Shown one piece after another: positions 27,292-34,813 of a stretch of 64,000 nucleotides of DNA. Each line of letters starts with the position of its first letter. Within the stretch, counting starts at the first letter, position 1. The notes beneath the pieces were generated by a model that saw only the letters and a program-made list of their open reading frames with translations, did no database searches and was not told where the DNA came from. The DNA is from an uncultured candidatus Brocadiaceae bacterium (GTDB taxonomy: Bacteria > Planctomycetota > UBA11346), in assembly GCA_964652775.1 (NCBI GenBank), contig CAZZAM010000014.1, forward strand, positions 1,848 to 65,847, written 5' to 3'. A program made the translations under genes and the position numbers.

Positions 27292-28157
27292 GGGTTTTTA
27301 CCAGGTATTTGTGGTGTAGCGACGAAACGTTGCCGCTGCGTCCCCAAGCCAGTGATCGTGAGTTCGACGACATCACCAGGCGATAGGAAACGCGGTGGCT
27401 TGTGGCCGAGGCCGACGCCCGGCGGCGTTCCGGTCGAAATCAGATCGCCGGCTTCCAGGGTCATGAACTGCGAGAGATAATGCACCAGGACGGTGATCGG
27501 AAAGATCATCGTCGCGGTGCTGCCGGTCTGCATGCGTTGTCCATTCACGTCGAGACTCATCGCCAACTGTTGCGGATCGCCAACTTGGTCAGGCGTCATC
27601 AGCCATGGCCCGAGGGGATTGAAGGTGTCGCAGGATTTCCCCTTGGTCCACTGGCCGCCGCGTTCGAGTTGGAACTCGCGTTCGGACACATCATGTGAGA
27701 TGCAGTAGCCAGCGATGTGTGCGGCGGCTTCGGCTGGTGATGCAAGATAACTCGCGTCACGACCGATGACCACGCCCAGCTCGACTTCCCAATCGGTCTT
27801 GGTCGAGAGGCGAGGGATGCGGACGTCATCATACGGACCAACCACCGTGTTCGCGGCCTTCATGAAAATGATCGGCTCGGCCGGAATCGGCATGCCCGAT
27901 TCTTTGGCGTGATCGCTGTAGTTCAGGCCAATGCAGATGACCTTGCCCGGTCGCGGCACGCAGGCGGCCCAGCGCTCGGAGTCGTTCACCTGTGGCAGGG
28001 TAGAGAGATCGCGTCGGGCCAATTCGGCAAGTTTGCCGCTGCGTAAAACGGAGGCCGTCCAATCGCTGATCCAGGCTGAACAATCACGGCGAATACCGTC
28101 GTTTTCGATAATGGCGGGGCGTTCGTTGCCAACTGGTCCGAAGCGAGCGATGCGCAT
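27288..28157 (-). CDS. fumarylacetoacetate hydrolase (FAH) family protein
   Basis: GKVICIGLNYSDHAKE, DWEVELGVVIG, ISTGTPPGVG. Confidence 0.85.
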   Translation of the reverse strand: MRIARFGPVGNERPAIIENDGIRRDCSAWISDWTASVLRSGKLAELARRDLSTLPQVNDSERWAACVPRPGKVICIGLNYSDHAKESGMPIPAEPIIFMKAANTVVGPYDDVRIPRLSTKTDWEVELGVVIGRDASYLASPAEAAAHIAGYCISHDVSEREFQLERGGQWTKGKSCDTFNPLGPWLMTPDQVGDPQQLAMSLDVNGQRMQTGSTATMIFPITVLVHYLSQFMTLEAGDLISTGTPPGVGLGHKPPRFLSPGDVVELTITGLGTQRQRFVATPQIPGKNP

Positions 28158-28175
28158 ATGGACTTGCTTTTAGTT

Positions 28176-28189
28176 TTTTATCAATAAAA
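28176..28189. promoter_or_regulatory. AT-rich near-palindrome TTTTATCAATAAAA in the 39-bp divergent gap between the FAH operon and the GntR gene; candidate operator
   Basis: 12 of 14 positions are self-complementary. It is the only AT-rich patch in the 28158-28196 gap, which must carry or abut both divergent promoters. There is no direct evidence of binding. Confidence 0.2.
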
Positions 28190-28196
28190 GTCAATC

Positions 28197-29093
28197 ATGC
28201 GATCGCGCGGCGTTTCTCCCCTGGTTCAACGAACGGCGAATGGGGTTATCGATCTCATCGCGACCAAGGACATGGTCCTGCCGGCGGAATCAGCGATGGC
28301 GTTGCAACTTGGGGTCAGCCGCTCGCCACTGCGCCGGGCACTCGACCTCCTGCGTCAACGCGGCGTTGTCCGCGATGGACCCGAGGGGATCCAAGCGGCA
28401 CGGCGACCGCGGACGGCAGATCGCTTCGCGATTCAAACTCCGCATCACACGAAATCTGGTGCATTCACCGATCTGTTCCTGGCCAAGTTGGCGCGTGGCG
28501 ATCTGAAGCCAGGCCAAGAATTCAGTGAGCTGGAATTGGCCCGCGAGGCTGGGCTTTCGACGGTTCCGATTCGCGAGGCGCTGCTGGCGATCAGCGCGGT
28601 CGGACTCATCGCCAAGGTGCCGCGACGGCATTGGGTCGTAGTGCGCTTCACCGACGCGATGGTCGATGAACTATACGACCTGCGCATCCTGCTTGAACTC
28701 GAGGTGCTGTCGCGGGCGATGACGCTGGCTGAGGATCACCCGGTCCGCGCCGAGCTGCATGCCATACAGCAGGAGCACGACGCGATGCGGCGATCCACGC
28801 ATGACGTCGAGCGTTTTTTGGATCTTGATCAGCGCTTTCACGGCAGCATGTTCCGCGCCGGTGGAAACCGTTTTATTACCCGGGAATTTTCGGCAATTTC
28901 GACATTGTTGCGCTTTCAGTTGCAACCGACCGAAGTTGGTATCCGTGGGATGGAACTGGGTTTGGAACAGCATCCGCCGATCATCACCGCCATCCTTGAC
29001 CAGGATCTGGTGGCTGGGAAGCGGCTGCTACGCGCCCATCTGTGTACGTCACGGGAACTGATGAAGCAGTCCCTGGGCGAAGTGGTTCCATGA
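28197..29093 (+). CDS. GntR-family regulator with FCD-type C-terminal domain and two tandem winged-HTH-like segments
   Basis: wHTH 1: LPAESAMALQLGVSRSPLRRALDLLRQRGVV. wHTH 2: FSELELAREAGLSTVPIREALLAISAVGLIAKVPRRHWVV. Then an FCD-like helical domain (LYDLRILLELEV..FHGSMFRAGGN). At 298 aa it is about 60 aa longer than typical FadR-type GntR proteins. Confidence 0.75.
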   Translation: MRSRGVSPLVQRTANGVIDLIATKDMVLPAESAMALQLGVSRSPLRRALDLLRQRGVVRDGPEGIQAARRPRTADRFAIQTPHHTKSGAFTDLFLAKLARGDLKPGQEFSELELAREAGLSTVPIREALLAISAVGLIAKVPRRHWVVVRFTDAMVDELYDLRILLELEVLSRAMTLAEDHPVRAELHAIQQEHDAMRRSTHDVERFLDLDQRFHGSMFRAGGNRFITREFSAISTLLRFQLQPTEVGIRGMELGLEQHPPIITAILDQDLVAGKRLLRAHLCTSRELMKQSLGEVVP

Positions 29094-29171
29094 CACGAAA
29101 GTATATGCATCATGCACATTCGTCATCATCTCTGCCGTAGCATGCAAACAACCCCGCATAGGAGCCACACG

Positions 29172-30041
29172 ATGTACCTGAGTATGAGTTTGATTCTGGG
29201 TTTCCTGATTCTGGCGCACGCTCCTTTTTTATCTGCTGGCGAGCCGCAGAAGATCGATGATGGCGGCATGGTGTTCAAAGAGGCCGGACCAGGAGCGCCG
29301 GAGGACATCGACTTCACCAGTACTCTCGACGGCACGGTGCAGAAGTATGTGCGGATCTTGCCACCTGGTTACAAGGTTGGTGACCAGCGCGACGCGCTGA
29401 TCTGCCTACATGGTCACGGCTCGGACCGCTGGCAGTACATCAAGTTGCCGCGCGGTGAAACCAAAGGCGCGCGCGATACGGCCGCCAAGTACGGAATGAT
29501 CCTCGTCTCGCCAGACTACCGGACGAATTCCTGGATGGGGCCGAAGGGCGAAGCCGATGTGCTGCAGATCATCAGTGATCTGCGGAGCAAGCAGGGGGTG
29601 AAGCGGATCTTCCTCACCGGTGGATCCATGGGTGGCACCTCGGTGCTGATCTTCACGATCCTCCATCCTGAACTGATCGCTGGCGTTGCCAGTCTCAACG
29701 GCATGGCCAACATGGTCGAGTACGACAAGTTCAGCGAAGCGATTGTGCCGTCCTATGGTGGCACCAAGGCCGAGAAGCCTGACGAGTATAAGAAGCGCAG
29801 TGCTGAGCTGTTTCCGCACAAGTTCACCATGCCAGTGGCGATTACGGCCGGCGGCAAGGACACGGCGGTACCGCCACAGAGTGTGCTGCGTCTCGGTGAT
29901 GCCCTCAAGAAGATCAATCAGCATGTGTTGGTCATCAATCGCGAGACGACTGGGCATTCGACCAACTACGAGGACACAGTTGCCGCCATTGAGTTTGTGA
30001 TCAAGGCAGCGGCGCCATGGAATGCAGCCAGGAAGAAGTAG
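29172..30041 (+). CDS. secreted alpha/beta-hydrolase (esterase/peptidase S9-like), paralog 1
   Basis: Start moved to ATG 29172, which is preceded by AGGAG and opens the signal peptide MYLSMSLILGFLILAHAPFLSAGE. Motifs LHGHGSDRWQY and the nucleophile elbow GGSMGG. Confidence 0.75.
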   Translation: MYLSMSLILGFLILAHAPFLSAGEPQKIDDGGMVFKEAGPGAPEDIDFTSTLDGTVQKYVRILPPGYKVGDQRDALICLHGHGSDRWQYIKLPRGETKGARDTAAKYGMILVSPDYRTNSWMGPKGEADVLQIISDLRSKQGVKRIFLTGGSMGGTSVLIFTILHPELIAGVASLNGMANMVEYDKFSEAIVPSYGGTKAEKPDEYKKRSAELFPHKFTMPVAITAGGKDTAVPPQSVLRLGDALKKINQHVLVINRETTGHSTNYEDTVAAIEFVIKAAAPWNAARKK

Positions 30042-30077
30042 GTGCCTGCCGTCCACCCATCGGTTGGAGATCTGTGC

Positions 30078-30911
30078 ATGTGTACGGCCCGCTTCCTTCT
30101 TCTTGGCGTGGTGCTCATGAATCCGGCCCACACAGTCACGGTCACGGTCGCGCCACAGGCACCTGAGGAGGTGCAGTTCACCAGTTCGCTGGATGGGACG
30201 GTACAGCGCTACGTGCAGATTTTGCCACCCGGCTTCAAGCCGGGCGAACCACACTCCGTTCTGATCGGGTTGCATGGTCATGGATCCGATCGTTGGCAAT
30301 ACATCAAGGTTGAGCGTGGTGAATGCCGTGGTGCCCGCGATGTGGCGGCGAAGCATGGAATGGTCTTCGTGTCGCCGGATTATCGGTTGAACTCGTTCAT
30401 GAGTCCGGCGGCAGAGGCGGATCTCGTCCAGATCATCGCTGAATTGAAGAAGAAATACGGTGTGCAGCAGGTGTTCCTGACTGGCGGTTCGATGGGAGGG
30501 ATCAGCGGGTTGATCTTCGCCATGCTGCATCCGGACCTGATCGCCGGCGTGTGTAGTGAGAACGGGCATGCCAACATGCTGGAGCTGGAGATCTATGACA
30601 AGTACTCCAAGGACATTGATGCGGCGTACGGCGCGACCAGGGCAGCCAAGCCCGAGGTGTATCGCAAGCGCAGCGCAGAATATTTTGTTTCGGCATTTAC
30701 CATGCCGGTGTCGATTACGGTTGGAGGCCAAGACAAGCAATTGCCGCCGTTTAGCGCCATCCGCTTCGGCGCAGCGCTCAAGAAGATCAACCCACGGACT
30801 CTAGTCATCAATCGTGAAAGGACCGGTCATGAGACCAATTATGATGACACGGTCGAGGCAATTGAGTTCGTCATCCGATCTGCAACGCCGCTGAAAGTTG
30901 GCGGGAAATAA
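30078..30911 (+). CDS. alpha/beta-hydrolase, tandem paralog 2
   Basis: Colinear with paralog 1: SLDGTVQRYVQILPPGFKPG..LHGHGSDRWQYIK..ARD.AAK.GM..VSPDYR.NS.M...EAD..QII..L....GV...FLTGGSMGG. Start is either GTG 30042, immediately after the upstream stop, or ATG 30078. Confidence 0.75.
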   Translation: MCTARFLLLGVVLMNPAHTVTVTVAPQAPEEVQFTSSLDGTVQRYVQILPPGFKPGEPHSVLIGLHGHGSDRWQYIKVERGECRGARDVAAKHGMVFVSPDYRLNSFMSPAAEADLVQIIAELKKKYGVQQVFLTGGSMGGISGLIFAMLHPDLIAGVCSENGHANMLELEIYDKYSKDIDAAYGATRAAKPEVYRKRSAEYFVSAFTMPVSITVGGQDKQLPPFSAIRFGAALKKINPRTLVINRERTGHETNYDDTVEAIEFVIRSATPLKVGGK

Positions 30912-30956
30912 ACGGTCGATTTGGCTTTGGTAGCGTCCCTCATCCAAAGGAAACAC

Positions 30957-32315
30957 ATGCGTTCATCAAACGTCGGTCTGGTCCTTGTGAGTTGTATGTT
31001 CTTTACCTCATCCGGCATAGCCGCCGACTACTGGGTAGACGCAGTGAAGGGGGATGATGTTGCTAGCGGATTAGAGGCGACGCCTTGGAAGACGGTCCAG
31101 TTTGCGATCAAAAAATGTTCTCCAGGTGATACGGTGAACGTTCGTGACGGGCAATATGACGAGATCGTTGCGATTGATGTTTCAGGAACCAAAGAAAATC
31201 CGATATCCATTCGAGCACAGAACTCACGTAAGGCACGACTGCAACGGATAACGATTGATGGTGACTTCATCCGCGCGAGCGGTTTCGAGATCACCAGCGA
31301 AGCGGGAGGACTCCAAGTCGCCGGAATCATGATCAGTAAGGGTCGCTTCAATGAAGTTACGGATAACTATATTCACGACATACCTGGAACTGTAGGTGTT
31401 AGCGTGATGGGCGAAGGCAATATCGTCGCGAAGAACCGGATCTATCGTATGAATAAAGGGATCAACGTCGGTGGAAAGAATAATCTCATCGAACGCAACG
31501 AGGTTGAACGCCTGATCTATAACAACCAGGACGCGGACTACTTCCGCTTCATGGGCGATGGCCTCGTGTTCCGCAACAACTGGATGCATGGAACGCGAGC
31601 CGAGGACATCGGAAAATCCCACACGGATGGATTCCAAACCTTCGCGGTTAGTCCCGGACAGGTTTTTTCGAACGTGACCATCGAAGGCAACCTGCTGATG
31701 GATTACCATGCCCAGGGGATGATGCTTGAGGGTCAGCCGGACTTCGATGGCCGCCCATTTTCCGGTGATGGTTTGTTTATTCGGAACAATGTGTGGTCGG
31801 GCGGTAACCATGTCATCATGGCCATGAGCATTAACAACGTCGTCGTCACCGGGAACACCTTCATCGGCTATACCGGCATGGGCGTGCTGCCCGGTTTAAA
31901 ATTTCCGGACAAGATCAAAGAAAAAGTCGAGAAGGGACTCAAGTTCAAAACGGTGGTAAAGAACAATATTTTCTACAACTGCGCTGCATTTGTCGGCTGG
32001 TACAAGGGTAAGCCGGGCATGGATCTCACCAACGAGGCGAATCTCTACTACAATCCGGCGAAGCCACTGGTCGACAAGGAGGGCGGCTGGTCGAAGGACA
32101 TACTCAACCTTGATCCGATGCTGGTCGACGCCAAGAACCTGCTTGGTCCAGATGGAATTCCGTTCACTGCGGATGATGGTTATCTGCTTCAAGCTGGCAG
32201 TCCGGCGATCGACAAAGGAGTGAAGCTCGAACACAGCGACGCCCAGGATATTTTTGGAACAGCGCGACCCCAGGGTGCTGGCTGGGATCTTGGTGCCCAA
32301 GAATACAAACGCTGA
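30957..32315 (+). CDS. secreted right-handed parallel beta-helix (pectate-lyase-fold) protein
   Basis: ATG 30957 preceded by AAGGA. Signal peptide MRSSNVGLVLVSCMFFTSSGIAA. N-terminal cap YWVDAVKGDDVASGLEATPWKTVQFAIKKCSPGDTVNVRDGQY, followed by repetitive N/G-rich coils (NRIYRMNKGINVGGKNNLIERN, VTIEGNLL, VVVTGNTFIGY). Confidence 0.7.
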   Translation: MRSSNVGLVLVSCMFFTSSGIAADYWVDAVKGDDVASGLEATPWKTVQFAIKKCSPGDTVNVRDGQYDEIVAIDVSGTKENPISIRAQNSRKARLQRITIDGDFIRASGFEITSEAGGLQVAGIMISKGRFNEVTDNYIHDIPGTVGVSVMGEGNIVAKNRIYRMNKGINVGGKNNLIERNEVERLIYNNQDADYFRFMGDGLVFRNNWMHGTRAEDIGKSHTDGFQTFAVSPGQVFSNVTIEGNLLMDYHAQGMMLEGQPDFDGRPFSGDGLFIRNNVWSGGNHVIMAMSINNVVVTGNTFIGYTGMGVLPGLKFPDKIKEKVEKGLKFKTVVKNNIFYNCAAFVGWYKGKPGMDLTNEANLYYNPAKPLVDKEGGWSKDILNLDPMLVDAKNLLGPDGIPFTADDGYLLQAGSPAIDKGVKLEHSDAQDIFGTARPQGAGWDLGAQEYKR

Positions 32316-32340
32316 ATCGGGTGTCTTTTACAGAGGTTGC

Positions 32341-33525
32341 ATGAAAATTACCGCGATCCGCGCCACGCCCGTCAACATCCCGCTGGAAGCACCATTCCTG
32401 TTCTCCTGCGGCACGTATCCAGGCGACACCAAGGTTGTGATCGAGATCGAGACTGATGCGGGCCTTGTCGGTCTCGGCGAAGCGCCATCACCGGACTGTG
32501 CCGAAGTCATTACCAAGCGGCTGGCGCCGCAACTCAAGGGCCGCGATCCCTTGGATATTCATGGCTGCGAGCGCGCCTGCCTGCCTGATGTGCAGCTCAT
32601 GCCGAACACGAGCGATAGTACGTTGGTGCGTGCGTTCGGCGGGATCGAGATCGGTTTGTGGGATTTGCGCGGAAAAGCATGGAATACGCCGCTGTACATG
32701 TTGCTTGGCGGAGCGTTCAGAAAACAGATTCCATTCGCTGAGTATTTTTCTTTTCGCCAGCGAGTAGGGAATATTGGCGGAGAACGCACTCCGTCTGAAA
32801 TAGCTGCTTATTGCGCACGGATGCACGATCTTCACGGCTCGACCTACTTTGAAGGCAAGTTGCAGTTGGCTGATCCGCAGCTGGAGATCGATTCGGTCAA
32901 GGCGATTCGTCATGCGATCGGATCCAAGGCGATGTTGCGTCTGGATGGCAACATGTCGTGGTCACTGGCGACGGCGCGCCGGATCCTGGCCGAAATTGCG
33001 CCCTATAACATCCGCAACTACGAAGATCCAGTCGCGACCTTCGAGGACATGGCCAAGCTACGTCAGCACAGTGCGATCTCATTTTCGACCCATACGGTCG
33101 ATCTGCAGAAAGCCATTCGCCTTGGCGTTCCGGATACGTTTGTGACCAACCTCAGCGTCCTCGGTGGTATCTCGCGGGCGGTCCGCTTCATCGCCGCGTG
33201 TGAGAAGATGCGCGTCGGTTTCTGGACCTACAGCGGTGAAACCGGCATCGGCATCGCCGCCTATTTGCATTTGATCGCGGCTACCGAATGGATTCACGAG
33301 CCAGCGCAATGCATCTTGCATTGGCAGACCGACGACGTGATCGAAGAGGGTCCATTCAATCCCAAAAAGAACGTCGTGGCGGTTCCGGAAGGTCCTGGCT
33401 TGGGTGTGACCTTGTCACCAGTGCGGCTCAAGCGTTGCCACGAGCGGTTTGTGAAGGACGGCGCTTACAATTATTTCCGTGATCCAGATGCGCCTGGCAC
33501 GTATCGTCGCGTACCCTTCGACTGA
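32341..33525 (+). CDS. enolase-superfamily (mandelate racemase/MLE family) enzyme, copy 2
   Basis: Start at ATG 32341 (MKITAIRATPVNIPLEAPF). Motifs GGIEIGLWDLRGK, MLRLDGN, IRNYEDPV. Confidence 0.8.
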   Translation: MKITAIRATPVNIPLEAPFLFSCGTYPGDTKVVIEIETDAGLVGLGEAPSPDCAEVITKRLAPQLKGRDPLDIHGCERACLPDVQLMPNTSDSTLVRAFGGIEIGLWDLRGKAWNTPLYMLLGGAFRKQIPFAEYFSFRQRVGNIGGERTPSEIAAYCARMHDLHGSTYFEGKLQLADPQLEIDSVKAIRHAIGSKAMLRLDGNMSWSLATARRILAEIAPYNIRNYEDPVATFEDMAKLRQHSAISFSTHTVDLQKAIRLGVPDTFVTNLSVLGGISRAVRFIAACEKMRVGFWTYSGETGIGIAAYLHLIAATEWIHEPAQCILHWQTDDVIEEGPFNPKKNVVAVPEGPGLGVTLSPVRLKRCHERFVKDGAYNYFRDPDAPGTYRRVPFD

Positions 33526-33547
33526 ATTCGATCGCAAAAAAAGCCGT

Positions 33548-34747
33548 TCACTTTTCGGCGGCTGTCATCGGTGGAGGTGGTTGCAGTTTGGCCTGAATCC
33601 ACCACCACGCTTTGGCGGTGCGGACGGCTCCGTTCATATTCATGCGTGATCGGCTGCCCGGTGAGGCCCAGGCGGGTTGGCTGCGTTCACCTTCAGCATC
33701 GACGGCCGGCTGACCATCATCTCCGGTCGATTGGATAGCAGCAATATCCAGCAGCGGTTTGCCGTGGGCTGATGCATAGGATCTGACGTTGGCATTGAAT
33801 GCGTTGCGCAGGCCGTTGCGTGATGCAGCCAGCGGTATGGTGGTCCAGACAACGTTGGCAGACGACCACGTCTGCTCCATGCGCTCAAGACTCTGGCGGT
33901 AATACTCGAACGCGACGTGCGGATCGCGCGCATTGGTTTGCTGGGCCAGCGCATCCAGGTGCTCATTCCAGGACGACGAAAAACCAACACCTCCGAGCGG
34001 AACAACCGCAGATGTTTGCACCTTGGTGAAATCAATTTCTGGAATGGTGAGTGGATAGCTGGTAGTAGCTGAGGCACCGACCGCGGGTCCAGCCTGCGCG
34101 ACCGGTCCACCAGGCCAAGTGGGTGGCGTTGTGTTGGGAATTGGTGGGCCAAAGCGTCGCCACTGGTGGACCTGTGCATTCTGGCCAGTGATAGTCATGA
34201 TCCCGGTCGGCAAATCGTCGCGCGTGTGCACAAAGCGTCCGTCGTCGAGATCCTGGGTCGATAGCTGCATGGCCACGGTAGCGGGTGCGGTCGGGAAACG
34301 CTTGTTAACAACGCTCTGATGCAACGACTTGGCGCGGTTGTCCAAGCGGGTTGATCCAAGCTGGAAGCTGGCGACGCCTGCTGGCATCCGTTTAGCGTCC
34401 ATGCCTTCGGCGTAGGTGATGGCGAAGCGCGGTTCACGCTTGGCCAATTCACGCAGGCCGGCACTCAGCGTATCGGTTTCGGAGGGAGTGATGACCAGGC
34501 CGATCTGTTTTCGTATCGGCGCAAGTTCGCTATCGGAGAGTGCATCGGCCGAAGCAATGGCGTCAGCGCGTGCAATCAGCGTGGACGGTGCGTTCAGGGT
34601 CACGGCTTCGATAGCCGGAGCGGTGAAGTCATCGGCTCCGGATAGGACTCCAAGTCCTGTCGCACTGGCACAAACCAGAAAGACCGTCGTGGCAGCGGTC
34701 CCGCGTAGACGGCTGCGTAATGACCCGCGTTCGTTGTGGTTATCCAT
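33548..34747 (-). CDS. hypothetical secreted protein (399 aa)
   Basis: N-terminal hydrophobic segment TAATTVFLVCASATGLGVLSGA. No family motif recognised. Same strand as the LysM protein gene and 66 bp downstream of it. Confidence 0.55.
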   Translation of the reverse strand: MDNHNERGSLRSRLRGTAATTVFLVCASATGLGVLSGADDFTAPAIEAVTLNAPSTLIARADAIASADALSDSELAPIRKQIGLVITPSETDTLSAGLRELAKREPRFAITYAEGMDAKRMPAGVASFQLGSTRLDNRAKSLHQSVVNKRFPTAPATVAMQLSTQDLDDGRFVHTRDDLPTGIMTITGQNAQVHQWRRFGPPIPNTTPPTWPGGPVAQAGPAVGASATTSYPLTIPEIDFTKVQTSAVVPLGGVGFSSSWNEHLDALAQQTNARDPHVAFEYYRQSLERMEQTWSSANVVWTTIPLAASRNGLRNAFNANVRSYASAHGKPLLDIAAIQSTGDDGQPAVDAEGERSQPAWASPGSRSRMNMNGAVRTAKAWWWIQAKLQPPPPMTAAEK

Positions 34748-34813
34748 AGGGCATCCCCTGTCGCAGAAGACAGGGCCGAACCCGCGATGATAACCAGGAG
34801 TTACAACCAGAAT

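Noticed and set aside
29406-30740. 444-aa ORF on the minus strand spanning both alpha/beta-hydrolase genes. Similar long antisense ORFs: 4858..5616, 12454..13362, 18726..19391, 19874..20497, 39769..40539, 54708..55469, 61745..62764.
   Set aside because: Each lies fully antisense to a gene with clear family motifs. Their translations are Arg/Gly/His-rich low-complexity sequence with no motifs. Long stop-free antisense frames are expected in roughly 60% GC DNA.
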